Below, piece by piece: positions 46,559 to 55,754 of a stretch of 64,000 bases of DNA. How positions within the stretch are numbered: the first letter of the stretch is position 1; each line of letters begins with the position of its first letter. The notes below the pieces were generated by a model, which worked only from the letters and a program-made list of their open reading frames with translations, was not told the origin of the DNA and searched no databases. Source of the DNA: Myxococcota bacterium (GTDB lineage: Bacteria > Myxococcota_A > UBA796); contig JBLHNG010000001.1 of assembly GCA_047621685.1 (NCBI GenBank), positions 16,986 through 80,985 on the forward strand, given 5' to 3'. The translations under genes and the position numbers were made by a program.

Positions 46559-47747
46559 CTGCGAGCACCTCGACGGGGTCCGCGGTGCTGATCCAGCGCT
46601 GCCAGACTGCGGAGACCACCTCCAGGGTCAGCGCCTCCAGGGCGACCACCGTCGCATCCGCAGAGTGCACCTCGCCACGCATCACCGCCGACCAGCCCAG
46701 CCCCCTTGCCAGCGGACTCGGATCGAGGCGGTGGCTCAGGGTCTGTCGGATCAGGCGCGCCCGGGCGGACTCCAGGCGCTCTGCGGTGAGCCAGCTTGCG
46801 GTCAGGGTCGCAGTGAGGCCGAGGTCTGCCTTGATGCGCTCGTCGCTCCGAAGCGCGCTGTAGACCCCCGAGAGCAGCAGGCGACTCCCGTCCCGTCCCC
46901 AGGAGACATGGCCACCCGCTGACAGTGTGCCTGGCATCAGCGACGGCGCGGCTCTGGGCAGTCCCCCGAGCGCGAGCTGGAGCGCGGGCTGGTCGGGGTG
47001 TGTGGTGGGCGGGAGTGGCCAGATGAGCCCAGCGAGACGGACCGCGGAGGGGCCGGTGCTCAGGGCTATCTGCTCCGGAATACTGTGGGTCGAATCAACC
47101 GTAACGGTAGCTTCTTCAGTGAGATCGCCGTAGTGCTCTCGAACGGTCGAGAGGGCTTCTTCGGTGTCGATTGGCCCGACAATCACCAGCTGCGTCTGCC
47201 CGGGGCGGTATCGGGCGGTGATGAAGTCTGCGCAGTCGGTGGCGGTGAGGGTGTCGGGATCGACCAGCATCCAGCTCGCTGTGGCGGCGTAGGGGTGCTC
47301 GCGCCAGTAGGCGATGTCGATCGCCGCACGGAGGCGCGCGGTGTAGCCGCCCCGCTGCGCCAGCTCCTCAGCGACCACCCGACGGGCAGAGGCGAGGGTG
47401 GCCTCGGTGGGGGTGATCGGGGTGAGGATCTGGAGGGTCTCAGAGAGGTCAGTGGGAGGGACCAGGGCGCTGTAGCGGGTGTAGTCCGGCGCGGTGTAGG
47501 CGGAGAGCTGACCGCCGAGTGCTGCGATGGTCTCCTCCATCCCGCTGTCTCTGACCACGACATGCTCGACGAGGTGGGCGAGTCCAGGCTGGGTCGGCTG
47601 ATCGGATGCGGAGCCGCTCATCACCCAGTGCTGCACGACGAGGTGAGGCATGGCCTCATCAGCGATCACTGTGACGGTCAGCCCGTTGTCCAGGATGACC
47701 TGATGCGGCTCCCCGGCAGCCGCCGTCAGCACTGAGAGCCACAGCAT
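46548..47747 (-). CDS. M16 (pitrilysin/insulinase) family zinc peptidase
   Basis: GLAHLVEHVV (HxxEH inverted zincin motif) near the N-terminus. Overlaps the downstream M16 paralogue. Confidence 0.8.
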   Translation of the reverse strand: MLWLSVLTAAAGEPHQVILDNGLTVTVIADEAMPHLVVQHWVMSGSASDQPTQPGLAHLVEHVVVRDSGMEETIAALGGQLSAYTAPDYTRYSALVPPTDLSETLQILTPITPTEATLASARRVVAEELAQRGGYTARLRAAIDIAYWREHPYAATASWMLVDPDTLTATDCADFITARYRPGQTQLVIVGPIDTEEALSTVREHYGDLTEEATVTVDSTHSIPEQIALSTGPSAVRLAGLIWPLPPTTHPDQPALQLALGGLPRAAPSLMPGTLSAGGHVSWGRDGSRLLLSGVYSALRSDERIKADLGLTATLTASWLTAERLESARARLIRQTLSHRLDPSPLARGLGWSAVMRGEVHSADATVVALEALTLEVVSAVWQRWISTADPVEVLADVG

Positions 47748-47777
47748 CCCAGGCAGTATAGGACCACCCGCGCGGGG

Positions 47778-48992
47778 TTGGGGGTTGGTATCATCGTCAC
47801 CGCGAGGTGGGTGTTGCAGTGGTTCAGTGAGGTATCGACCGGCTCGGGTGCGCTTGAAGCGTGCATCGGGCGGCTGTCAGAGCGGGCGGAGGAGCCCACG
47901 CTGCTGGTTGCCTTTGTCTCACCGGATCTTGCCAGCAAGGCACCGGAGCGGCTGGCGAAGGCATTTCCGAGCGCGACGGTGCTGGGATGCTCCGCGGCGG
48001 GTGTGGTCGGCGGCGGGCGAGAGGTCGAAGATGGCCCGATGGTGGCTCTGACTGCGGCATCGCTCCCCGATGTCGCCGTGGTGCCCTTCCACATGACCAT
48101 GGGCCGTCTGCCCAGCCTCGATTCTCCGCCAGAGGCCTGGCATGCGCTGGTCGGCGTCGAGCCGGAGGTCCAGCCGATCTTCCTGCTGCTGCCGGACCCG
48201 TTCACCTTTGAGCCCCGGGTGCTCACCGGTGGGCTCGACGATGCCTACCCTGATGCGCCCAAGATCGGCGGAATGGCCAGCGGCGGGAGGCGTCCCGGAG
48301 AGAGCCTCCTGATGCTCGGCGAGCCCGGTCGGGTGACCAGCCATCGGGCTGGCGCGGTGGGTGTGGCGCTGTATGGCGACGTCGCGATGGACACCGTGGT
48401 CGCGCAGGGGTGTCGCCCGGTCGGCGCGCCGATGGTCATCACCCGCTGTGCACGCAACCACATCAGGGAGCTGGACGGACGCCCCGTGATTGCGACCCTG
48501 GAGTCGCTGTTCATGTCGATGTCTGACCACGACCAGCAGCTCTTCCGGCGCTCACCGATGCTGGGTCTGGCGATGCAGGGGGAGCGGCGTCCGCTTCGGC
48601 AGGGGGACTTCCTCATCCGAAACATCCAGGGCATCTCACGGCGCACTGGAGCGATGGCGATCGCGGCGATGCCAGCAGACGGCATGGTGGTTCAGTTTCA
48701 CATCCGCGATGCCAAGACCTCCACCCGCGACCTCACCGAGCTGCTCTCCCGCCACCAGCGGCGCCCGGACTTCGTCGCACCGTCTGGCGGGCTGCTGTTC
48801 TCCTGCCTCGGACGTGGTGAGAAATTCTACGGAACAACAGGTCACGACTCGAAGATCATCACCGACAGCCTCGGCGAAATACCGATCGGGGGCTTCTTCT
48901 GCAATGGGGAGATCGGCCCGGTGCATGGAAAGACCTTCCTCCACGGCTACACCAGCTCTCTGGGGCTGTTCCGCCCGCGCGGCTGGAGCTGA
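47778..48992 (+). CDS. FIST-N/FIST-C domain sensory protein (start uncertain)
   Basis: PTLLVAFVSPD..., and C-terminal GLLFSCLGRG...GGFFCNGEIGPV..KTFLHGYT, typical of FIST_C. Confidence 0.75.
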   Translation: MGVGIIVTARWVLQWFSEVSTGSGALEACIGRLSERAEEPTLLVAFVSPDLASKAPERLAKAFPSATVLGCSAAGVVGGGREVEDGPMVALTAASLPDVAVVPFHMTMGRLPSLDSPPEAWHALVGVEPEVQPIFLLLPDPFTFEPRVLTGGLDDAYPDAPKIGGMASGGRRPGESLLMLGEPGRVTSHRAGAVGVALYGDVAMDTVVAQGCRPVGAPMVITRCARNHIRELDGRPVIATLESLFMSMSDHDQQLFRRSPMLGLAMQGERRPLRQGDFLIRNIQGISRRTGAMAIAAMPADGMVVQFHIRDAKTSTRDLTELLSRHQRRPDFVAPSGGLLFSCLGRGEKFYGTTGHDSKIITDSLGEIPIGGFFCNGEIGPVHGKTFLHGYTSSLGLFRPRGWS

Positions 48993-49129
48993 GCCCTGGT
49001 ACTGCTCGGCAGAAGTCATGCCCCCCTTCGGGGATCCATGATTTCCACCGCTCATTCCCAGCCTTTTTTGGGGGTTGCCCCCCTCCTGCCTTCGGCAGCC
49101 CCCGCTGACTCTTCGTGTCAGCCCATGAC

Positions 49130-49184
49130 GTACCACTCGGCAGAAGCCTTCTGACGACCTCTGACGACTTCTGCCGAGTGGTAC
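49130..49184. terminator. 17-bp-stem hairpin between convergent FIST and K+ channel genes
   Basis: GTACCACTCGGCAGAAG (49130..49146) pairs perfectly with CTTCTGCCGAGTGGTAC (49168..49184). The loop contains CTGACGAC twice. A third, near-identical arm copy GTACTGCTCGGCAGAAG lies at 48999..49015. Confidence 0.5.
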
Positions 49185-50236
49185 TACAGCGCCTGAGCCA
49201 GCGCGCGGACTCCCTCTGAGCGGCCGACCACGATGAGCACGTCCCCGACCTCCAGGGTCACGTCGCCATCGGGAGCCGCGAGCATCTGGCCGCTGGCCCG
49301 TCGGATCGCCACCACGAGCACCCCGTACTCCCGACGCACCCCCAGAGCGCCGAGGGTCTGACCGACGAGCCGGCAGCCCTCTTTAAGGAGCAGCTCGTCG
49401 ATGAGCAGCTCGTCGTTGGCCGCGAGGGTGGCGAGATCGAGGAAGTTGCTGGTGTCGGGTCGGATGAGGCCGTGCGCCATGCGCCAGCCGCCCATCCGGA
49501 ACGGACTGACCACGCTGGTCGCTCCAGCGCGTCGGGCCTTCAGCGCCTCCTCCTGATCAGAGGCTCGGGTTGAGATGGGCAGGTCCGGGCTGAGGTGGCG
49601 TGCGGAGAGGGTGACGAAGATCGCCTCCGCGCCCGAGGGCACCGCCACCGCCATGCCCTGCGCCCGGGCGATGCCGGCCTCTCGGAGCACGTCGTCGTTG
49701 GAGCCGTCTCCCTGGATCACCAGCAGGCCGCGACGGCTGAGTGCTGCGATGCGCTCCGGATCGCGCTCGATCACGCAGACCTGCCCGCCGGATGCCGTGA
49801 CCTCATCGATCACCGACATGCCCAGTCGACCCGCACCGACGATGATGTAGTGGTTGCTCAGCCGCGTCATCTGCCAGCTCCTTCGGCTGAAGCGAATGTC
49901 GTCCAGCAGTGTGCCCTCGACCAGCAGGGCGGTGATCCGGGTGAGGGCGTAGGTGCCCACGCTTACCCCGCTGATGATCAGCGCGACGGTCCACAGCCGA
50001 CCGCCATCGCTCAGCGGATGGACCTCGCCGTAGCCGATGGTGGTCAGAGTGATGAAGATCATCCACAGGGCGTCCCAGGCGCTCCACCCCTCGATGACCA
50101 TGTAGCCGACCACTCCCACCGCAATGATGAGCAGAAGCAGGGCTGTGGCATACCGAATCGGACGGGGAAGCCACGACATCAGATCCGCGGATCCGGCCTG
50201 TTGCTTCGGGCTGCTGGACTGGGTGTCCACGATCAT
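49184..50236 (-). CDS. Two-TM potassium channel with TrkA-N/TrkA-C (RCK) domains
   Basis: Selectivity filter TLTTIGYGEV. IIVGAGRLG Rossmann motif. RCK_C-like GDVLIVVG. Start set at MIVDTQ because the ORF-track N-terminus (MMCSTWNIA) is the translation of the palindromic motif. Confidence 0.85.
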   Translation of the reverse strand: MIVDTQSSSPKQQAGSADLMSWLPRPIRYATALLLLIIAVGVVGYMVIEGWSAWDALWMIFITLTTIGYGEVHPLSDGGRLWTVALIISGVSVGTYALTRITALLVEGTLLDDIRFSRRSWQMTRLSNHYIIVGAGRLGMSVIDEVTASGGQVCVIERDPERIAALSRRGLLVIQGDGSNDDVLREAGIARAQGMAVAVPSGAEAIFVTLSARHLSPDLPISTRASDQEEALKARRAGATSVVSPFRMGGWRMAHGLIRPDTSNFLDLATLAANDELLIDELLLKEGCRLVGQTLGALGVRREYGVLVVAIRRASGQMLAAPDGDVTLEVGDVLIVVGRSEGVRALAQAL

Positions 50237-50252
50237 CCCACTCTGTATCGCG

Positions 50253-50274
50253 GCAATGTTCCACGTGGAACACA
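50253..50274. promoter_or_regulatory. Copy B of 22-bp motif GCAATGTTCCACGTGGAACACA (palindrome at 50257..50272)
   Basis: Identical to 30910..30931. Lies in the divergent spacer between the K+ channel and ferredoxin genes. Confidence 0.45.
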
Positions 50275-50301
50275 TCACCAGATGTCGGCTACAGTGGCGG
50301 T

Positions 50302-50592
50302 GTGGCGAACATCGTGACCTTCCTCCCCGCTGAAATTACCGTCTCCATTGATGGGCGGACGACCCTGTTTGAGGCGGCCAATCAGGCTGGACTCCCGGTG
50401 GGCAGCTCGTGTCAGGCGGAGGGAATCTGTGCACACTGTGGGCTGCGGATTCTGTCGGGGCTGGAGAACCTCTCAACGGAGAGTCCCCTGGAGAAGCGGG
50501 TCAAGACGGCCAACCGGGTCGACCCTTTGCTGCGGCTGTCCTGCCTCGTCCGGATCCGCGGTCCAGTCACTGTGACCGCAGACTACTGGTAG
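50302..50592 (+). CDS. 2Fe-2S ferredoxin-like protein
   Basis: 96 aa. SSCQAEGICAHCGLRI Cys cluster plus a distal Cys (LSCLV). GTG start. Confidence 0.7.
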   Translation: MANIVTFLPAEITVSIDGRTTLFEAANQAGLPVGSSCQAEGICAHCGLRILSGLENLSTESPLEKRVKTANRVDPLLRLSCLVRIRGPVTVTADYW

Positions 50593-50820
50593 ATCGGGCA
50601 CCGGTCACACGGTGCATCATCTGCGGACAGTCTTCCGCCGCAGACTCTCTGCGGCGAAGATGGGGAAGAATCTGTCTTCCCCTCAGCAGAAAAGCGCACC
50701 GGTCGAGCCGGATACTGTCCGGCTCGGTGACTGGTGCCGTAGATCGTCTGCAACAAGGCATCGATGGCTTGCGTATCCCTCTGCCTCGAATAAGACGCCT
50801 GATCTGCCCAGGAGCCAAAG

Positions 50821-51699
50821 ATGCCCACTACTGTCGCCACCCACTCTGGGCCGTTCCACGCCGATGACGTCCTGGCCTGGGCGCTCATCCGGACCTTCTT
50901 CGACGCCGATGCTGCGCTGATCCGCACCCGGGATCAGGCCCTCATCGAGACCACAGACATCGTGGTAGACGTCGGCGGCCTGTACGATCCGGCCACGCTC
51001 CGCTTCGATCACCACCAGCAGGAGTACACCGGGCTGCTCTCCTCCGCAGGCATGGTGCTGCACTGGCTGGCAGATGACGGGCGCATCACCCCTGCGCTCG
51101 CTGGGGAGCTTCGCGGGCAGATGGTGGACTACGTCGATGACGTCGACAATGGCCGGAGGATGCCGGACACCGCGGTGCCCTGCTTCGCCTTGCTGGTCAG
51201 CGCCTACAACCAGGGCTGCCACACCCTCGAAGAGTTCGACGCCGCCTTCCTGCGTGCGGGAGAGGCCGCCGCCGGCATGGTCGCTGGGATCGTCGCTGGA
51301 CACACGGAGCGACTCGCCAGCGCCGCCACCGTGATCGCCGCCATGGACGCCGCCACAGCAGCCGGTCAGAACGTCATCTTCATGGACCGCTACCACTCCT
51401 GGAAGGACATCTACTTCGCCAACGGCGGCGAGGATCACCCCACCGAGTACGTTGTCCATCCCGGCATCGATGGGCGCTGGCGGGCGGTGGGCATCCCCCC
51501 GGTTCGCGGCAGCTTCGCTCAGAAGCGCGCCTTTCCGGAGGCCTGGGCCGGGCTGCGTGACGAGGAGCTGTCTGCGGTGACCGGCGTGGAGGGCGCGCTG
51601 TTCTGCCACAAGAACCGGTTCATCGCGGTGTTTTTGACCCGCGAGGGTGTGCTGGAGGCGATGGGGCGGTTTGGCCTGCTGGTCGGCTTCAGTCGATGA
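50821..51699 (+). CDS. MYG1/UPF0160 family metal-dependent hydrolase
   Basis: N-terminal THSGPFHADDVLA and FDHHQ motifs. Confidence 0.8.
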   Translation: MPTTVATHSGPFHADDVLAWALIRTFFDADAALIRTRDQALIETTDIVVDVGGLYDPATLRFDHHQQEYTGLLSSAGMVLHWLADDGRITPALAGELRGQMVDYVDDVDNGRRMPDTAVPCFALLVSAYNQGCHTLEEFDAAFLRAGEAAAGMVAGIVAGHTERLASAATVIAAMDAATAAGQNVIFMDRYHSWKDIYFANGGEDHPTEYVVHPGIDGRWRAVGIPPVRGSFAQKRAFPEAWAGLRDEELSAVTGVEGALFCHKNRFIAVFLTREGVLEAMGRFGLLVGFSR

Positions 51700-53254
51700 C
51701 CTCGCCCGCCAGGTAGACCGCCTCGACCGTCAGACCAGACAGCTCAGCAGGCTCGACATCCCACGGAGACTCAGAGAGCACCGTGATGTCAGCAGTGCAG
51801 CCGACCGACAGGCACCCCAGGACCCCGTCCTGCCCGACCGCTGCCGCGCCGCCTGCGGTGTAGGCGGTCAGGGCGGCGGCGAGGCTCATCGGATGCTCCA
51901 CACCCACCGCTGACCACAGGCTGTTCGCGACATGCAGGGTGGGCCACACCGGCCAGTCCGTGCCCAGCGCCATCGGGATGTCGTAGCTCTCGAGGGTGGT
52001 GTAGTCGTAGGCCCGGGCGAACCGCTCGGAGCCCCAGGCCTCCGCAGAGTCCCCAAACGCTGCGACGAGGGCGTGGGGTGGCTGCACGGAGACCACCAGA
52101 CCCAGCGCGCTGATGCGGGCGTAGTCGGCCTCGTCGATGAGCACTGCGTGGTCGAGGACGTGGGGCTGGCTCAGCGGTGCCACGGCCTCCAGGGCATCGA
52201 GCACCGCAGCGACCGCAGCGTCGCCGTTGGCGTGGAACTTCAGCGGCAGCCCCACAGCCTCGGCCCGGGCGACCACGTCGAGGATCTGCTCGGCGGTGAA
52301 GTAGTGGCTGCCGTGCTCGTCGTCGGTGCCCTCATGCGGCTCGCTGACCCAGCTCTGCGCCGTGCCCATCGAGCCATCCACCCACACCTTGGCCCCGGCA
52401 AACCGGACCCGCTCGCCGTCGTACACCCCTGCCAGTGCTGCCACTGACTCAACGTCCTCCGTCGAGAACAGCGGCACGTAGTAGTAGACGCGAACCGGAA
52501 GCTCTCCGCTGTTCTCCAGGGTCTCGTACAGCCACGGCCAGGTCAGGTCGAGGCCAGGGCTGGCGAGGATCTCGGAGATCGAGGTGATGCCAGAGGCCGG
52601 CAGGGTGGCGAGCTGCTCGCGGAGGGGGGTGAGGAACTGCTCGTCGTTGTAGTCGGCCAGGGCGACCGGGGTGATCAGCGACAGGGCCTCCTCCAGCAGC
52701 AGCCCGGTGGGCTCGCCGGTCTTTGGGTCCCGGACGATCTCGCCGCCGATTGGATCGGGGGTGTCCGCGGTGATGCCCGCAGCATTCAGCGCGGCGGAGT
52801 TGACCAGGGCGGCGTGGCCGGAGCTGTCGACGAGGATGACCGGCCGGTCAGAGACGACCGCGTCGATCGCCACACCGCTTGGGTCTTCCACCAGGGCGTG
52901 GACCCAGCCAAACCCGATGATCCAGGGCTCGCTCGGGGCCTCCTCGGCGTAGTCTTCCACCGCAGAGAGGACGCTGTTCATCGAGCCGGTGCCCAGCATC
53001 ACCAGGCGCTCCATGACGAACGAGCCGGGCAGGAAGTGGGCGTGGGCGTCGTGGAAGCCAGGGAAGGCGGTGCCAGTCAGCGCGATGGTCTGTGTGTCGT
53101 CGCCGATCAGCGCCTCGGCGTCTGCCCCGGTGGCGACCACCACCCCATCGGTGACCGCCAGCGCGGTCGTGACTGTCTCGGCGTCGGTAAAGATCTCCCC
53201 GGTGAAGACCTGCTCGGCAGGCTCTCCGCCGCAGGCCAGCATCAGCATCAGCAT
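51689..53254 (-). CDS. Amidohydrolase-3 (YtcJ-like) family metallo-hydrolase lipoprotein
   Basis: MLMLMLACGG lipobox, FPGFHDAHAHF, KFHANGD, LGTDWP. The ORF-track 798-aa ORF is trimmed to ATG 53254, 2 nt after the upstream gene stop. Confidence 0.8.
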   Translation of the reverse strand: MLMLMLACGGEPAEQVFTGEIFTDAETVTTALAVTDGVVVATGADAEALIGDDTQTIALTGTAFPGFHDAHAHFLPGSFVMERLVMLGTGSMNSVLSAVEDYAEEAPSEPWIIGFGWVHALVEDPSGVAIDAVVSDRPVILVDSSGHAALVNSAALNAAGITADTPDPIGGEIVRDPKTGEPTGLLLEEALSLITPVALADYNDEQFLTPLREQLATLPASGITSISEILASPGLDLTWPWLYETLENSGELPVRVYYYVPLFSTEDVESVAALAGVYDGERVRFAGAKVWVDGSMGTAQSWVSEPHEGTDDEHGSHYFTAEQILDVVARAEAVGLPLKFHANGDAAVAAVLDALEAVAPLSQPHVLDHAVLIDEADYARISALGLVVSVQPPHALVAAFGDSAEAWGSERFARAYDYTTLESYDIPMALGTDWPVWPTLHVANSLWSAVGVEHPMSLAAALTAYTAGGAAAVGQDGVLGCLSVGCTADITVLSESPWDVEPAELSGLTVEAVYLAGEVID

Positions 53255-53256
53255 GG

Positions 53257-53745
53257 TTACTCCTGGAACTGCTTGCGAAGCTCGCGCATCTCCAGCCGAC
53301 GTGCCCGGCGGAGGTCGGCCTCTTTCGTTCGGCGGATCATGTCGACATCCTCGCCCGGATCCAGCGACACGATGCTCCGGGGCTGGCCGTGGGCGTCGAG
53401 CGCGACGAAGGTGAGGTAGGCGGTGCAGCAGTGGACCAGGGAGCCGGTGGCGGGATCTTCGGCATCCACCCGCACCCCGACTTCCATCGAAGTCCGCCAC
53501 GCCTGGTTGACCTGGGACTTGAGGATCACGACCATGCCCCGCCGCACTGGCCGGAGGAAGTGAAGCTGATCCATCGAGGCTGTGACCACCGCTCCCCGGC
53601 AGAACCGCTGCGCAGAGATTGCCGCGCAGATGTCGCACCACGCTGCGATCTGACCGCCGAACACGGTGTCGTGGTTGTTGGTGTGGGTCGGGAGCACGAT
53701 CTGGTGCATCTCGGAGCGGCTGTTGGCGGGGTTCTTTGGGCTCAT
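53257..53745 (-). CDS. Acyl-CoA thioesterase (hotdog fold, YciA-like)
   Basis: VLPTHTNNHDTVFGGQIAAWCD and the ASMDQLHFLRPV pattern. Confidence 0.8.
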   Translation of the reverse strand: MSPKNPANSRSEMHQIVLPTHTNNHDTVFGGQIAAWCDICAAISAQRFCRGAVVTASMDQLHFLRPVRRGMVVILKSQVNQAWRTSMEVGVRVDAEDPATGSLVHCCTAYLTFVALDAHGQPRSIVSLDPGEDVDMIRRTKEADLRRARRLEMRELRKQFQE

Positions 53746-53783
53746 GGAGGCACCGTATCGCGGAACCGGGGTATGTCGGAGAG

Positions 53784-54608
53784 ATGAAGCAGACGCTGAT
53801 CACCGGAGCCAACACCGGACTCGGGCTGGCCTCCTCCAAGATGCTTGCCCGCGCCGGACACCACGTCATCATGCTGTGCCGGAGCCCGGAGAAGGGGGCT
53901 GCGGCGCTGGCGGAGGTCGCTGCAGAGGGCTCTGCGGAGCTGGTGCTGTGCGACCTGTCAGACTTCGAGCAGGTCCGTGGACTGGCGCAGACTTTTGCAG
54001 GACGCCCCCTCGATGTTCTGCTCCACAACGCCGGGATCGTGCTCACCGAGCGCAAGACCTGCCCCCAGGGCTTCGAGCGGACCATCTCTGTGAACCACCT
54101 CGCCCCCTACCTGCTCACCCACACCCTCTGGGGCTCGCTTCAGGAAGGCAGCCGGGTGGTGATCGTCGCCTCGGATGCTCACCGGGCTGGCACGCTCGAT
54201 CTTGAGACCTGGATGGCGGAGGAGAAGTACTCCACCATCCAGCAATACGGCCGCAGCAAGATGTGTAACATCCTGTTCTCTGATGCTCTCTCCCGCAGAG
54301 CAGAGCCCCACGGTGTGACCGTGAACTGTCTCCATCCCGGTGTGGTCAATACTTCGCTCGGAGACGGAAACGACGTCTGGTACAGCTTCCTTGGCAAGTG
54401 GGCCAAGCGCTTCATGACCAGCCCGGAGAAGGGCGCTGACACCCAGGTCTGGCTGGCGGACTCCCCGGAGGTTGAGGGGAGGACCGGCGGCTATTACGCG
54501 AAGCGAAAGCCCGGAAAGCGTAGCCGTCAGGCCAGTGATGCGGTGCTGTCTGAGGCCCTGTGGCAGCGCAGCGCCGACCTCCTCGGTATCAAGTCCGACT
54601 GGCCCTGA
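53784..54608 (+). CDS. Short-chain dehydrogenase/reductase (SDR)
   Basis: ITGANTGLGLA (TGxxxGxG), NAGI, and the Y..SK catalytic pair (YGRSKMCN). Confidence 0.85.
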   Translation: MKQTLITGANTGLGLASSKMLARAGHHVIMLCRSPEKGAAALAEVAAEGSAELVLCDLSDFEQVRGLAQTFAGRPLDVLLHNAGIVLTERKTCPQGFERTISVNHLAPYLLTHTLWGSLQEGSRVVIVASDAHRAGTLDLETWMAEEKYSTIQQYGRSKMCNILFSDALSRRAEPHGVTVNCLHPGVVNTSLGDGNDVWYSFLGKWAKRFMTSPEKGADTQVWLADSPEVEGRTGGYYAKRKPGKRSRQASDAVLSEALWQRSADLLGIKSDWP

Positions 54609-55754
54609 GTCGTCCCGCTACACTGTGAGACATGATGCTCTCACTGTGGCTGCTGGCGGGTGCCTCCGCTGACTCACCCCGCGCGACGATCGACCCGCGC
54701 TTCCTGCCGACGGCTCCCACGCTGCTCTCTCAGGCCCCACGGCTGGAGGAGCCCGAGCCCCTCGCACATCCGCTGTGAGCGCTGCCGAACCTCTCGGAGA
54801 GAGGTGACCCGAGCCCTCCGGTTCTGCTGCTCCAGGTGCCGCTGCCCGGTTCTCGGCGGTAGCTGATGTTCGGAGTTCAGACGGAGCCGGTCGGGTGGCT
54901 GGCTGTGGCCTGACCTGTGAGTTGGGGCAGCAGCCGGTCGAAGGCGGGCGAGCTGACCTGCGGGGGGCGGTGCGGGGACGGGGTGAGGCATCCGAAGCCG
55001 GTCAGGTGGCTGCCTAACCCCCCAAATTTGTTGATTGTATTGTTTGGATCGCCTTGTCTCAAGTCGCAGTCCGCCCGGGCGCGCGCAGGGGGACCCGCAG
55101 AGGGCCGTGTCGGAGACCCTGCACGCCAGATTCTCTGGCAGGGTCGGAGACAGCCAGCGACCCGAGGCTGGTAACGAAGGCAGTTTCTGAACAGTGGACG
55201 CCGACAGGGAGTGAGAGGCGGAGCCGCTGGAGCGGGCACTCATGGAGACGGCTCAGAGCCGGCACTCGCGAAGCGGAGTTACGACCGCGGAGGGGACCCC
55301 AGGCGATCAGCGTCCAAGGACGGAGACGTCGCTGGCATCACCTCCAGTTGAGGCTTCGCCCATCTCTGCTTTTGATAGTGCCGACCTGTCCTGCTCGCCC
55401 TTCGGTCTTCTCAGCCAGGGGCGATGGGATGACGGCGGGTTCTCCCTCCCCGTGTGAGCTGAGGTTCGCCATCGTCGGCGCCATTCTTTTTCTGGCCACT
55501 CCGCTCCAACGCAGGCCTTACGGCTTGCTTATGTCGCTTCGCTCAAGGGGGCTGCACTCCTTGCGTCTCACTCCGTTCGCCTCCAGTCCCCGCCCCCTGC
55601 GATCCCCACCCCGACACCAATTACTCCCCACTCACCGCACTCTCAAAGGACCTTCCTGTACCACCCAGAGCACCACATGCTTCCGCAGTCAGATTCCCAC
55701 ATTCGCCGCAAGAATCGGGTCGCTGCCAGACTTCCTGCCGCATACCTCCCCTGC

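Noticed and set aside
50636-50682. Two GC hairpins after the ferredoxin gene (CGCCGCAG-actct-CTGCGGCG at 50636..50656; GGGGAAGA-atctg-TCTTCCCC at 50662..50682) as a terminator
   Set aside because: The stems are real, but neither is followed by a T-tract on the plus strand. Terminator function is not supportable from sequence alone.
51689-54085. 798-aa minus-strand ORF suggesting a giant amidohydrolase
   Set aside because: The N-terminal ~280 aa are Arg/Pro-rich off-frame text overlapping the well-supported thioesterase gene (53257..53745) and the SDR gene. A lipobox start (MLMLMLACGG) at 53254 sits 2 nt after the thioesterase stop.
54609-55754. Tested the non-coding gap by eye for tRNA, tmRNA, RNase P RNA and group II intron domain V signatures
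   Set aside because: There is no GGTTCGA-type T-loop context, no GGAAAGTCCGGGC or ACAGAACCCGGCTTA RNase P blocks, no tmRNA termini and no domain V-like hairpin on either strand. I cannot name an RNA family, so the region is reported only as an unexplained gap.
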